64,000 bases of DNA. Source: an uncultured Verrucomicrobiae bacterium (GTDB taxonomy: Bacteria; Verrucomicrobiota; Verrucomicrobiia; Chthoniobacterales; UBA10450). The notes beneath the pieces are model-generated. The model was not told where the DNA came from. It searched no databases and saw only the letters and a list, made by a program, of their open reading frames with translations. Where the stretch lies: positions 224,001 to 288,000 of the forward strand of contig CAVTMK010000003.1 of the NCBI GenBank assembly GCA_963735805.1, written 5' to 3'. This document shows, piece by piece, positions 8,562-18,499 of this stretch. Each line of letters starts with the position of its first letter. The stretch's first letter is position 1. Made by a program: the position numbers and the translations under genes.

Positions 8562-10949
8562 TTATTTCTTTTCGCTTTCCCGATCATTTGCGCTTTCCGT
8601 AACCGGTCGGCGTTTTATCTGTTCCATTACATCTCCGGCTATCAACTTGAGGAGGTCCTGTTGCTGCTTTGAAATATCACGTGGTTTGGTGTCGAGAATA
8701 CAAAGCGAACCGACAGGAAAACCATTCGGTCCTCGCAAGGGAACGCCTGCGTAAAACCGCAGACCGCGTTCTTTTACCCATGGGTTGTTAGCGAAGCGTG
8801 GATCCCACGCCAGGTCACGGACGATCATGACATCGTTGCTCGCAATAACGTGGCCGCAAAGCGACACGTCGCGCGAAGTGCTGCGAGCCTCAGCAAGGTC
8901 CTCCGGTAAACCGATCTGAGATTTGAACCATTGCCGGTCTTTATCGATTAAAGTAAGAAGCGCGATTGGCACTTTGAATAGTCTAGTTAAACGCTCGGTA
9001 ACCTGATCGAAGACCTCTTCCGGAGGAGTATCCAAAAGCATTAACCCGTTTAATTCAGCCAGCCGCGCTTCCTCATCCGGTGGCGATGGCGCGGCAACCA
9101 TTTTGTCGGAAATTGGCGCGGTCATTCTTGATATCTGAAGGACTGCGTCAGTTAATGAAACCGCTACCTCAGTTACGTGCGTGACGCGGAGACGTTCTTT
9201 TATCTTCTCTGCATTTGACGTGGAACCCCAGACCCCGAGGAGAATCGGCACGCTCCCTAAGTGCTCGGCAATTGCGGCGCTTAAATAGCGACCCTGACCT
9301 ATACTCGACGGCGGCAACACCGATATGCAGATACATGCCGGCTTAATCTCCATAACTCGGTCGAGCAGTTCCTGCCGGTCAAGTCGGGCCGGCGCGTTTT
9401 CAGCTTCGAATCCTTGCCTTCGAAGTAGTTGCACAAGCATTTCGCCGGCGAGTTCGTCGCGATATCCTCGAGCAGGAACACACAGCACACGGATACCTAT
9501 GCCGGGAGCAACCTTGGTGATTTCTTTGGGATTTTGCTCTTCTGTATCGATTTCCAAATCTTGCGAGCCGCCCAAATCGTCGATGATCTCCTGGATCCGT
9601 TGCGATGCGGTGGTCCTTTGTTCCGCTGTAATTGAACCGTTGTGCGCGTCGATTTCGATCGCCGCAATTGCCGGGATCAAAACTTTATCGTAAAGCGCCG
9701 TTAGTGAGTCCGTCTCTGCATATTTCGCGGCAAACTCTTCCGCGTTCTCCATCGAGAGAGAGAGGAGCCGATGATAAAACTCTTCGTGAGGCGCGAGAGC
9801 TTGATCCTCGCTTAGTAAAATGCTGAGAAACTCGAGCCGTGGAACATAACGTCCTATCACGGCAAGGCACACAGTTAGAGGAGTGGAAAGTACCAGACCT
9901 ACCGGGCCCCAGAGCCACGTCCAAAACACCGCAGAAATGATAAGCGCAATGGGCGAAACACCTGTGTTCGCTCCGTAAACCCACGGTTCAACCAAGTTCG
10001 AGGTGATGGCCTCCAGGACAATGAAAAGAGCAATAGTGATCAGCGGCGTGAGCCAGCTGTTTGAGATAGCGAATGACAACAGAAAGGGAAAGAGCGCGCC
10101 TACCCAGGCTCCAATATACGGGATGAACCGCAGCACCCCGGCTAAGAGTCCCCACAGGGCGGCATTAGGAACGCCAATAAAATGCAGCCCGATCGCGACA
10201 CAAACGCCATAGCATGTATTAACGAGAAATTGCGTCGATAGGTAACGCGACACGCGATAGCCGGCATCTTCCATCGCACGTGTCGTCGCACTGATCCGGC
10301 CCTGGCCAACCAGCCGGATCATCCTACCACGAAGATCTTCCCGCTTTAGCAGCATAAAAATCACGAGCAACAGCACCAGGGCCGCCGTGCCCAGCGGGCT
10401 AAGGATTGCACTAAGAGTCTCCTGGAGTAGCTGCGGGATTGCGTTGTTTCCTTCGATTACTTTTACCGGAATAGGACTGGCAACAGGCGGTGGCGATTTA
10501 GCTGAAAGACCCGCACCGCCTGGCTCTATGCGCGTGCTTGGACCTGGCACAAGTAGTTCGTTTTCCAACGCGTGAACACTCGATGAAAGTCTCGCAAGAG
10601 GACTTGCCGCAGGCAGTTTTAACGATCGTATTTTGCTTGCGATATTCGTCTGGTACTCAGGCAACTTGGCGGCCAGATCAACGACCTGGCGACCTATTAG
10701 CCAGCTCGCCGCAGTAAAGATGCTAAACATGAGAACGACGACCACCAGGACAGCTGCGATCCGACCGATCCAGCGTTCCAGGCGAGTGACCAATCGGGAA
10801 AGGAGAAATGTAATTAGGGTTGCCAGCGCAAGTGGAACAAACACTGCGCGCCCGAAGTACAGTGTAGCGACGACAAACGCCAGGAGCAGCAGCGCCCAGA
10901 TTCCGTTTAATGCAGCGGCCGAAGATAGTGGAGCGGTTCGCGGTCGCAT
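8562..10949 (-). CDS. AI-2E family (PerM/TqsA-like) transporter fused to a Rossmann-like (receiver/B12-binding-like) domain and a C-terminal GAF domain
   Basis: LRFIPYIG, EPWVYG and WTWLWGPVGLVLSTPLT AI-2E motifs; GAF motifs LLDTPPEEVFD, SLCGHVI, DPRFANNP, RFYAGVPL, GSLCILD. Confidence 0.88.
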   Translation of the reverse strand: MRPRTAPLSSAAALNGIWALLLLAFVVATLYFGRAVFVPLALATLITFLLSRLVTRLERWIGRIAAVLVVVVLMFSIFTAASWLIGRQVVDLAAKLPEYQTNIASKIRSLKLPAASPLARLSSSVHALENELLVPGPSTRIEPGGAGLSAKSPPPVASPIPVKVIEGNNAIPQLLQETLSAILSPLGTAALVLLLVIFMLLKREDLRGRMIRLVGQGRISATTRAMEDAGYRVSRYLSTQFLVNTCYGVCVAIGLHFIGVPNAALWGLLAGVLRFIPYIGAWVGALFPFLLSFAISNSWLTPLITIALFIVLEAITSNLVEPWVYGANTGVSPIALIISAVFWTWLWGPVGLVLSTPLTVCLAVIGRYVPRLEFLSILLSEDQALAPHEEFYHRLLSLSMENAEEFAAKYAETDSLTALYDKVLIPAIAAIEIDAHNGSITAEQRTTASQRIQEIIDDLGGSQDLEIDTEEQNPKEITKVAPGIGIRVLCVPARGYRDELAGEMLVQLLRRQGFEAENAPARLDRQELLDRVMEIKPACICISVLPPSSIGQGRYLSAAIAEHLGSVPILLGVWGSTSNAEKIKERLRVTHVTEVAVSLTDAVLQISRMTAPISDKMVAAPSPPDEEARLAELNGLMLLDTPPEEVFDQVTERLTRLFKVPIALLTLIDKDRQWFKSQIGLPEDLAEARSTSRDVSLCGHVIASNDVMIVRDLAWDPRFANNPWVKERGLRFYAGVPLRGPNGFPVGSLCILDTKPRDISKQQQDLLKLIAGDVMEQIKRRPVTESANDRESEKK

Positions 10950-11294
10950 GGGCGGACTTTCTTGTGTTTGCTAATTCGCACGCCGGTCACGGCTCACGTG
11001 TCAGCAAAACAACCTTTCTCGCGACATCGCACATCCTACTGAATCGTAGGATTCGAATTAGTCCCGTCTGGGTTCATCTTTGTTACAGGGTTTGCGAAGG
11101 TGCTAGCTTCCCTGCTTCTTCGTCGCTCGTCGCGCTAATGATATTCATGGAAGTGCGCGACAAACGATGAAGACGCTGGTTGAATACTAGTTTGATGCAG
11201 ATGGATCTTCACTCTTTGAATGTTCCCCGAAATACTTCCCCAGGCTCCATCACGTTACACCGTCTTGGCAGCTGAATGACTAAATGAACGTCTT

Positions 11295-12827
11295 ATGAAA
11301 AATGAACCATCTGCAGAAGGTGCCCCAGCCCTGAAAGCTGGCCGTTGCTCGATCGGCGTCGAGGGTCTGGACAACATTCTCGGCGGCGGGTTGCCTCGCG
11401 ATTGCTTTTATTTAATTCAAGGCGATCCCGGTTCTGGAAAAACGACTATGGCATTGCAGTTCCTTCTCGAAGGCATGCGTCGAGGCGAATCCGGCTTTTA
11501 CGTAACGCTTTCAGAGACACGGGATGAGTTATTGAAGGTGACCCGCTCCCACGGTTGGTCCCTGGAAGGCATTCCGCTGGTGGAATTGTCCGCTATCGAA
11601 CAGCTCTTGCGGCCTGAGGCGCAGACGACAGTTTTTCATGCCGCAGAGATGGAGCTGAATAAAGTCAGCAAATTATTGATCGACGAAGCGAACAAAACAC
11701 GCCCCGCTCGCGTGGTATTTGATTCGCTCTCCGAATTTCGGCTGATGGCGGAGACTGCCTTGCGATATCGGCGCGAATTGCTGAGTTTGAAGCAACACTT
11801 TGCGAAGTACAAAAGCACGGTGCTCTTTCTGGACGACAAAGTGGACAAGAGCGCGATTGGCCTTGATCCGCACGTGTTGAGCCTGAGCCATGGAGTAATA
11901 GAGATGGAGCAACTTTCCCCGGACTATGGGACGTCACGGCGCCGGTTGCGCGTGCTCAAACTGCGAGGCGTTAAGTTTCGTGAGGGTTATCACGATTACA
12001 CAATCGAAACCGGTGGGTTGCGGGCGTTTCCCCGGTTGATCGCAGCGGAGCATTTCTCGAGAATCAAGCGCGAGCCGGTATCCAGCGGTATCAAAGAGCT
12101 GGATGCGTTATTCGGTGGCGGCTTGGATCGGGGTACCACGACTCTGATTCTTGGTTCCGCGGGTACCGGCAAATCCACTCTTGCATTGCAGTATGCCGCG
12201 GAAATGGCAAAAAACGGTGAGCGTGGGATGCTTTTCTGTTTTGATGAAACGCGTGGGATCATGCTGGGGCGTGCCAAAGCGCTCGGAATAGATTTGGAAC
12301 CACACATCGAAAGCGGGATTCTCACCGCTGAGCAAGTAGACCCGGCGGAGATTTCCCCCGGGCAATTTGCCACGGACATCGTGCATAAGGTAGACGCCGG
12401 CTGCAGGCTGGTGGTGATTGACACTCTCAATGGCTATCTCAATGCAATGCCGGGCGAGAAGTATCTTATCAACCAGCTGCACGAATTAACCTCTTACCTC
12501 AATTTTAAAGGCGTTGTGACTATTCTTATATTGGCCCAGCACGGGCTGGTGGCTGCCGCTGAAGCACCCGTGGACCTCAGTTACCTGGCGGACACGGTGG
12601 TAAGTTTGCGATACTTCGAGGCTGACGGCGAGGTGAAACAATCGGTGGCGGTGATTAAAAAGCGAAGCGGTCCTCACGAGAAAACTATTCGCGAATTCAA
12701 GGTGGAAGCCGGCCGTGGCGTGCGGGTCGGCAAACCATTAAAAGAATTTCACGGTGTTTTGACGGGTGCGCCTGTATTCCATGGCACTGCCGGGGAAATG
12801 TTGTCGGGTTTCGATGCAAAGAAATAA
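11295..12827 (+). CDS. KaiC/GvpD-like double RecA-fold ATPase
   Basis: Two Walker A motifs (GDPGSGKT, GSAGTGKS), VLKLRG and VIKKRSG fingers, DLSYLAD at the KaiC phosphosite position. Confidence 0.9.
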   Translation: MKNEPSAEGAPALKAGRCSIGVEGLDNILGGGLPRDCFYLIQGDPGSGKTTMALQFLLEGMRRGESGFYVTLSETRDELLKVTRSHGWSLEGIPLVELSAIEQLLRPEAQTTVFHAAEMELNKVSKLLIDEANKTRPARVVFDSLSEFRLMAETALRYRRELLSLKQHFAKYKSTVLFLDDKVDKSAIGLDPHVLSLSHGVIEMEQLSPDYGTSRRRLRVLKLRGVKFREGYHDYTIETGGLRAFPRLIAAEHFSRIKREPVSSGIKELDALFGGGLDRGTTTLILGSAGTGKSTLALQYAAEMAKNGERGMLFCFDETRGIMLGRAKALGIDLEPHIESGILTAEQVDPAEISPGQFATDIVHKVDAGCRLVVIDTLNGYLNAMPGEKYLINQLHELTSYLNFKGVVTILILAQHGLVAAAEAPVDLSYLADTVVSLRYFEADGEVKQSVAVIKKRSGPHEKTIREFKVEAGRGVRVGKPLKEFHGVLTGAPVFHGTAGEMLSGFDAKK

Positions 12828-14091
12828 TCCAGGCGAGCGCGTACTGATTCTGGCCCCGGTCGGACAGGACGCTGCCGCGATGGCTGAGTTGCTGGCCCGG
12901 AGCGGATTTGAGACACAAGTTTGCGGTTCACTGGCAGTTTGTTGCGCACAGATCAATCTCGGCGCGGGCGCATTGGTTCTAACCGAGGAGGCGCTCGAAT
13001 CGGCGAACGTTTCCGATTTGCTACAAGCACTCAACGCGCAGCCGCCATGGTCTGAGTTACCGGTTGTTATTCTCACCACCGGCGGGGAATCGCGCCTGGC
13101 CAAATTATTGGAATTGGCGGCAACGGCAGCGGGAAGTGTGACGTTGATGGAACGACCCATCGGCACAACGACGCTCGTCCGTTCCCTCGAGGTGGCACTA
13201 AATTCCCGAAGGCGACAATATCAGGTGCGCGATCTTTTGGAAGCCCAACGTCGAAACGAGCTTCAGCTGTGGCTGGCGCACGAACAATTGGCCGATCGTG
13301 CCCGGCAACTTGAAAGTCTCGTTGAATTGCGCACTGCAAAACTGGCCCAATCTAACGAGCAGCTTCGACGCGAGATGGCTGTACGCGAAAAAGCTGAGCT
13401 CGCTCGTGAAGCCCTGCGTCGCAAGTTGCTTCACGCGCAGGAAGAGGAACGCCAGCGAATTGCTCGGGAACTACACGATCAAATGGGCCAGAACCTGACT
13501 GCGCTCAATCTCGGCCTCAAAGCATTGTTAAACGGCGATCCCCGCTCGAAGAAACTTCTAGGCGCAGTGCAACCCCTGCAGGAGTTGGCCACGCAAACCG
13601 CGCGTGATCTCCATCGCGTAGCGGTGGAATTGCGCCCAGCCGCGCTTGATGATCTCGGGCTAGTCAAAGCAATTCGCAATTTGACCGAAACCTGGTCAGC
13701 TCGGTGCCGCATCGAGGTGGATTTCGAGGCGGGAAAATACGACTCCGCAGGTCTCTCCTCGGAAATCGAGACGACACTCTACCGAGTGATTCAAGAAGCC
13801 CTCAATAATGTTGCAAAACATTCTCGAGCCAGGCATGTCAGCCTGGTTTTGCGTCGCGCAGCCGATCATGTACAAACGATCATCGAGGATGACGGGCGCG
13901 GTTTCGATCCAGCCGGTACTCCTTCGGCAGCGAATGGCCACCGCGGCCATCTGGGTCTGCTCGGAATTCAGGAACGCCTTGCTATCATCGGCGGCAGTCT
14001 CAACGTGGAATCGGCACCCGGCCGCGGAGTCACATTAATTGTACGTATTCCAAATCCCAAAACAGATGCGAAAAAAGAGCCATCAAATTAA
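12814..14091 (+). CDS. Cytoplasmic histidine kinase: degenerate receiver, coiled coil, HisKA_3, HATPase
   Basis: ARELHDQMGQ H-box, QEALNNVAKHS N-box, DDGRGF G1; N-terminal RVLILAP..LVLTEE pseudo-receiver; ATG 12814 overlaps the upstream gene end. Confidence 0.88.
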   Translation: MQRNNPGERVLILAPVGQDAAAMAELLARSGFETQVCGSLAVCCAQINLGAGALVLTEEALESANVSDLLQALNAQPPWSELPVVILTTGGESRLAKLLELAATAAGSVTLMERPIGTTTLVRSLEVALNSRRRQYQVRDLLEAQRRNELQLWLAHEQLADRARQLESLVELRTAKLAQSNEQLRREMAVREKAELAREALRRKLLHAQEEERQRIARELHDQMGQNLTALNLGLKALLNGDPRSKKLLGAVQPLQELATQTARDLHRVAVELRPAALDDLGLVKAIRNLTETWSARCRIEVDFEAGKYDSAGLSSEIETTLYRVIQEALNNVAKHSRARHVSLVLRRAADHVQTIIEDDGRGFDPAGTPSAANGHRGHLGLLGIQERLAIIGGSLNVESAPGRGVTLIVRIPNPKTDAKKEPSN

Positions 14092-14722
14092 GCGAAGAAT
14101 TCGCGTGATGTTGGTGGATGATCACGCAGGGATGCGCGAGGCGTTAAGAACAATGATCAATGCGGAGGGCGATCTGGCTGTGGTGGCGGAAGTTGACGGC
14201 GGTCGGGCCGCGCTGGAAATACTGGAGGATGCCAAACCAGACGTGGTTTTAATGGATGGCTCGATGCCGGAAATGAATGGGATGGAGGCCACGCGCCAAC
14301 TCAAGCAATGTCAGCCTGCAATAAAAATTATTGGCCTCACATTGTACGACGAATCCAGTTACCTGGAAGAAATGGTCGCTGCAGGCGCGAAAGGTTACGT
14401 GTTAAAGACGGACGCGCCGAGGAACGTGGCCAAAGCGATTCGTGTCGTTGCCGCGGGTGGCAGCTATTTTGACAATGTGGTTTTGCGTAGCTCTGCTGTA
14501 ACCTCGGAAGACGAGCCGGTTGTCGAAGAGTTAAATGTAGACGAACTGGAAGTAATCAAACGCGTCGCCGATGGACGGACCAATGTCGAGATCAGCGCCG
14601 ACTTGGAATTGACTCTCCCGGTTGTAGAGAGACACAGGACCGCCGCGATGCAAAAGCTCGGCCTGCGCAGCCGCGCCGAACTGGTTCGCGTCGCCGCACA
14701 GCGCCACTGGTTGAATGCTTGA
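14066..14722 (+). CDS. NarL/LuxR-family response regulator
   Basis: LVDDH, LMD phosphoacceptor, GYVLK, C-terminal LuxR HTH (GRTNVEISADL..MQKLG). Confidence 0.9.
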   Translation: MRKKSHQIKRRIRVMLVDDHAGMREALRTMINAEGDLAVVAEVDGGRAALEILEDAKPDVVLMDGSMPEMNGMEATRQLKQCQPAIKIIGLTLYDESSYLEEMVAAGAKGYVLKTDAPRNVAKAIRVVAAGGSYFDNVVLRSSAVTSEDEPVVEELNVDELEVIKRVADGRTNVEISADLELTLPVVERHRTAAMQKLGLRSRAELVRVAAQRHWLNA

Positions 14723-14814
14723 AACGGCCACACGCAATTTTGCGATAAAATCGTGAAGACGATTTTACAGCGCTGCTGCAGCGCCAGGACCTAGACGGGC
14801 AAACACAAACGTTC

Positions 14815-15321
14815 CTAAATTTTTCTCGAATCGTAAGCCCAATGTAACAACGCCTGTCGCTGTCGGCGTCGACAGGAAAGTTTGCGCGGCGGGCAGTTCC
14901 TTTTCACCTGCGCAATGTGACGTCGCACAGCGCGCCAGCGTTTCATTTGGCGCAGGTCGTCCTCGCAACGCCGACCGGAATAATAACGACAATACCATTG
15001 AAACCAGCCGCGAGGATCGTCGTGGTAAATCCAACCTTTTTTGCGCCAAGCCGAAAGCGGTTGGGATGCGTTCACACCAAAGTAATTCAGCGAAGGCTCA
15101 TGGCGCTTGGCGCAAAGTTTCGCCTTTTTAAACCAACTCGCCGGAAATTCGTGACGGCAATCCGTCATGTATTTACCGCCGAACACCCCGAGCTCGAGCA
15201 TCTGTTTCGGACTTAACTCCGGTCTAAACCCCGGGCGGAATTCGCCGCCTATCGATTTGGTGCGCCAATAAACATAACCCTTCTGCATTTTGTCATTCAC
15301 TCTTACGCGTACCGGTTTCAT
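14815..15321 (-). CDS. Conserved hypothetical basic protein (PRGWFQWYCRY motif)
   Basis: LSPKQMLELGVFGGKY, NYFGVNASQ, DPRGWFQWYCRYYSGRR and RQALLHWAYD motifs. Confidence 0.75.
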   Translation of the reverse strand: MKPVRVRVNDKMQKGYVYWRTKSIGGEFRPGFRPELSPKQMLELGVFGGKYMTDCRHEFPASWFKKAKLCAKRHEPSLNYFGVNASQPLSAWRKKGWIYHDDPRGWFQWYCRYYSGRRCEDDLRQMKRWRAVRRHIAQVKRNCPPRKLSCRRRQRQALLHWAYDSRKI

Positions 15322-15347
15322 CGCTCGGAATTCTCAGCCGCAGCAGG

Positions 15348-15827
15348 TCAACTTTTTGGTGGCCACTCCATGCCAGCCAATTCTTTTGGCAATTGCTTTG
15401 GGTCAACCGGATATATGAGTGACATGTCCGGTTTCGCCTTTGCGCCTGCCAGAAACTGAGGTTCCTCCGGCGCGCCAACGATGAGCCAGAGTACATCGGT
15501 ATCGGTGTCGTTGAACACTTGACGCAACTGATCTGGCCCCACCAGCACGCCGCTGAATTTCGGCACGGTTAATGTCGTATCACCTACGCGCATACGACCC
15601 ACACCTTCCAAAACGAAATAAAATTCCTCCGAGCAGATATGCTTGTGCAAGGTGCCCGCGCTCATCGACGGAAAACGCCAAAGCCTCGCTCCGAGATTCT
15701 GACTTCCCGTTCGCTCAAGAAAGTCTGCATTGGGAATCTTCATCAAGTTGGAAGGACGCCAATAAAGGTCGTCCGGAGTAATCAAAAAATAGCCTTCTAG
15801 CGCATTTGTTTTGGTTTCTCGTGTCAC
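15348..15827 (-). CDS. Cupin domain protein
   Basis: HKHICSEEFYFVLEG cupin motif 1. Confidence 0.8.
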   Translation of the reverse strand: MTRETKTNALEGYFLITPDDLYWRPSNLMKIPNADFLERTGSQNLGARLWRFPSMSAGTLHKHICSEEFYFVLEGVGRMRVGDTTLTVPKFSGVLVGPDQLRQVFNDTDTDVLWLIVGAPEEPQFLAGAKAKPDMSLIYPVDPKQLPKELAGMEWPPKS

Positions 15828-15864
15828 GGGTAATCAGTCGCCAATAATCGCGTCTAACTAAAGC

Positions 15865-16191
15865 TCAGTTCTCACGAATCTCGGCGTCCCACACGGTCCC
15901 CGTGTACTTGCCTGTTCGATAAATGACTTTAACGCGATCGGTTTCGCGCAATTTTTCCCACTGCCGTCGATCAGCCCGAATTTCAATTGTCCGACCGTTG
16001 TCGAGCATCCTGGCTTTGATAATCCATTGTTCGTTATTCGTGGCCCGTTGGTCTTTCACTTCTTCCCCTTGTTTCGCAGCCGCGACGTGATCCTTCCCGA
16101 TGACGATCGCGTCGCCACTTTTTTTTTCGCAGTTACACAAACCAGTCACCAACAACGATGCAAGCGTGCAGTTAAGCAGAATCGCTTTCAT
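15865..16191 (-). CDS. Hypothetical secreted or lipoprotein
   Basis: Signal peptide with Cys (LLVTGLCNC), beta-rich mature part. Confidence 0.65.
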   Translation of the reverse strand: MKAILLNCTLASLLVTGLCNCEKKSGDAIVIGKDHVAAAKQGEEVKDQRATNNEQWIIKARMLDNGRTIEIRADRRQWEKLRETDRVKVIYRTGKYTGTVWDAEIREN

Positions 16192-16239
16192 TTCTTGACG
16201 TCTATCCGCTTAAGGGCCGGCCTGAAATCTCGGTTGTCG

Positions 16240-17040
16240 CTAATATGAGCCTCGCGCGTTTGCGCGATGGATTAGTCTGCGCAACGCGAAGCGGGGTACG
16301 AACCTTACCAGAAGCCCAGTCACCAATTTGTACGGAGAACCGTAAACAGCGACGGTTTTACCTTGTTGCATCATGCGATAGCCATATCGGGCAACTTCGG
16401 CCGGTGTCGTTTTCGTCGTCGACATATAGTTCGCCGATGCCGTACGGGCCGTTTGACTAAAATTTGTGCGAACCGCTGGAGGACAGAGCACAGTCATTTT
16501 CACGCCAGTGCCTCGCAACTCCTCCATCAGGGCTTCCGAAAATGCGAGCACGTAATTTTTGCTCGCGAAATAAACGCTCATCAATGGCCCCGGCATAAAG
16601 CCCGCTACAGACGCCACATTTAGAATATTTCCACGGCCCTGCTCCACCATGGCCGGTAAAAACAATCGAGTCAGGGCTGTTAGCGCAGTGATATTAACTC
16701 CAATAATGCTCTCTTGCTTTGCCAGATCGGATTTGAAAAACGGCCCATAATCACCGAGCCCGGCATTATTGATCAGGCAATCCACGTTTATGTTGAGCGC
16801 TCCAACTCGCTGGAACACCCTTTGCGCTGCGCCTGGTTGACTCAGGTCCTCGGCAACAGCGTGAACGCTGACACGTTGTTTCAATTCATTCGCGGCAGAC
16901 TCAAGCGTGCTTTCATTTCGGGCGACCAAAACCACGTTACGCCCATCGGCCGCTGCCTGCCGCGCCAGTTCGAGTCCAATGCCGCTATTGGCACCGGTAA
17001 TAAGGGTGAAAGCTGACGACTGATTACTCATTCGCGTCAC
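16240..17040 (-). CDS. Short-chain dehydrogenase/reductase (DltE-like)
   Basis: TGANSGIG, NNAG and YFASK (YxxxK) motifs. Confidence 0.9.
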   Translation of the reverse strand: MTRMSNQSSAFTLITGANSGIGLELARQAAADGRNVVLVARNESTLESAANELKQRVSVHAVAEDLSQPGAAQRVFQRVGALNINVDCLINNAGLGDYGPFFKSDLAKQESIIGVNITALTALTRLFLPAMVEQGRGNILNVASVAGFMPGPLMSVYFASKNYVLAFSEALMEELRGTGVKMTVLCPPAVRTNFSQTARTASANYMSTTKTTPAEVARYGYRMMQQGKTVAVYGSPYKLVTGLLVRFVPRFALRRLIHRANARGSY

Positions 17041-17141
17041 ACTGCGCTAGCATTTGGACAATGACAAAATGAAGTTCGTCGGCTGTGTTGCAGCGGTGTA
17101 GCATAGCAATGCCGTCTTCAGGCCAAAAAGGAACGCCAGTT

Positions 17142-18464
17142 ATGGGTGTCATTTTACAAGCGTTTTATTGGGATTGTCCCAGGGAGGAAAATCGTGAACA
17201 TCAGTGGTGGACTTATATCCAATCCAAATTACCGGCGATCGCCAATGTAGGTTTCACTGCGCTGTGGCTGCCGCCTGCGAACAAGGCCGCGTGGTGGAAA
17301 TCGATGGGTTACGATCCCTACGATTACTATGACCTCGGCGAATTTGATCAGAAAGGTGGCGCCCCTACGTGGTTCGGTTCGAAAGCTGAATTACTTGAGC
17401 TTATCCAGTCGGCTCATGCGCTCGGACTACAGGTATACGCCGACCTGGTATTCAATCATAACAGTGGTGCTGATGCTCAGGAACTGAATCCAATCGACGG
17501 GCAGTCGCGCTGGACCAAATTTACCCCTGAAAGCGCCAAATTCCTCCGGGACTGGAAATGTTTTCATCCGAGCCAGTACGAAACCTGGGACGGCGCTACT
17601 TTCGGCGACATGCCAGACCTTTGTCATCGCACGCCTCTCGTTTATACCGAACTCATCAACTACGCGCGATGGCTGTTGGAAGAAGTGGGGTTCGATGGAT
17701 TCCGCTATGACATGGTCAAAGGTTACGGCGGCTGGATGGTTCGTTCTATTCAGGAACTGCGGGCTCTGCGCGGCGGCACCAGCTTCAAACCGTACGCAGT
17801 CGGCGAATGCTGGGACAGTGAACGAACGATCGATGATTGGCTCGATGAAACAAACGCGTGGTCGGACAATCCAGTAGGCGCATTTGATTTTCCGCTGCGC
17901 TGGCGTCTGCGCGATTTGTGTGACAGCTACGGATTTAGTCTGCGCAGCCTCTCAGATCGCGGCGTGTTATTCTGGGATCGTCCGGAGCAGGCTGTTACCT
18001 TTGTCGAGAACCACGATGTAGTGCGCGACAGTCCCATTATCCAGGACAAGCTACTGGCGTATGCTTTCATCTTAACCCACGAAGGGTACCCGTGCGTGTT
18101 CTGGGAGGATTACTTCAACTGGGACCTTGCGCAGCCAAACAATCAAAATGGCATCGACGCGCTTATCAGGATTCACGAACAAAATGCTGGTGGCCCGGCA
18201 CAGATCCTTTTCGTGGACGACGATCTCTACATCATGCAACGTCCAGGTGCCGGCAGCCAAGGCGGATTGATTTTTGTGTTAAACAACCGCGCTACCTGGA
18301 ATAGCACCTGGATTCAGACGCGGTGGAACAACACGCGGCTCGCTCCGGGAGCGTGGCGCGGTCACGATGACGCAGGGATACCGCAGGAAAAATGGACTAA
18401 CGAGTCAGGCTGGGTCGATCTTTGGGCGCCGCCGCGGGGCTATGCCGTTTATCTGCCGAAGTGA
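17142..18464 (+). CDS. GH13 alpha-amylase, apparently cytoplasmic
   Basis: VILQAFYWD, MGYDPYDYYDLG, VFNH, GFRYD (nucleophile), VGECWD (acid/base), FVENHD. Confidence 0.9.
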   Translation: MGVILQAFYWDCPREENREHQWWTYIQSKLPAIANVGFTALWLPPANKAAWWKSMGYDPYDYYDLGEFDQKGGAPTWFGSKAELLELIQSAHALGLQVYADLVFNHNSGADAQELNPIDGQSRWTKFTPESAKFLRDWKCFHPSQYETWDGATFGDMPDLCHRTPLVYTELINYARWLLEEVGFDGFRYDMVKGYGGWMVRSIQELRALRGGTSFKPYAVGECWDSERTIDDWLDETNAWSDNPVGAFDFPLRWRLRDLCDSYGFSLRSLSDRGVLFWDRPEQAVTFVENHDVVRDSPIIQDKLLAYAFILTHEGYPCVFWEDYFNWDLAQPNNQNGIDALIRIHEQNAGGPAQILFVDDDLYIMQRPGAGSQGGLIFVLNNRATWNSTWIQTRWNNTRLAPGAWRGHDDAGIPQEKWTNESGWVDLWAPPRGYAVYLPK

Positions 18465-18499
18465 ACCGTATTAGAAGACCTCAGTGCCGCTGAAACAAT

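Noticed and set aside
11295..12827. Circadian clock kaiC
   Set aside because: No kaiA/kaiB nearby, SY instead of ST, and operon context is two-component signalling; no gene symbol assigned.
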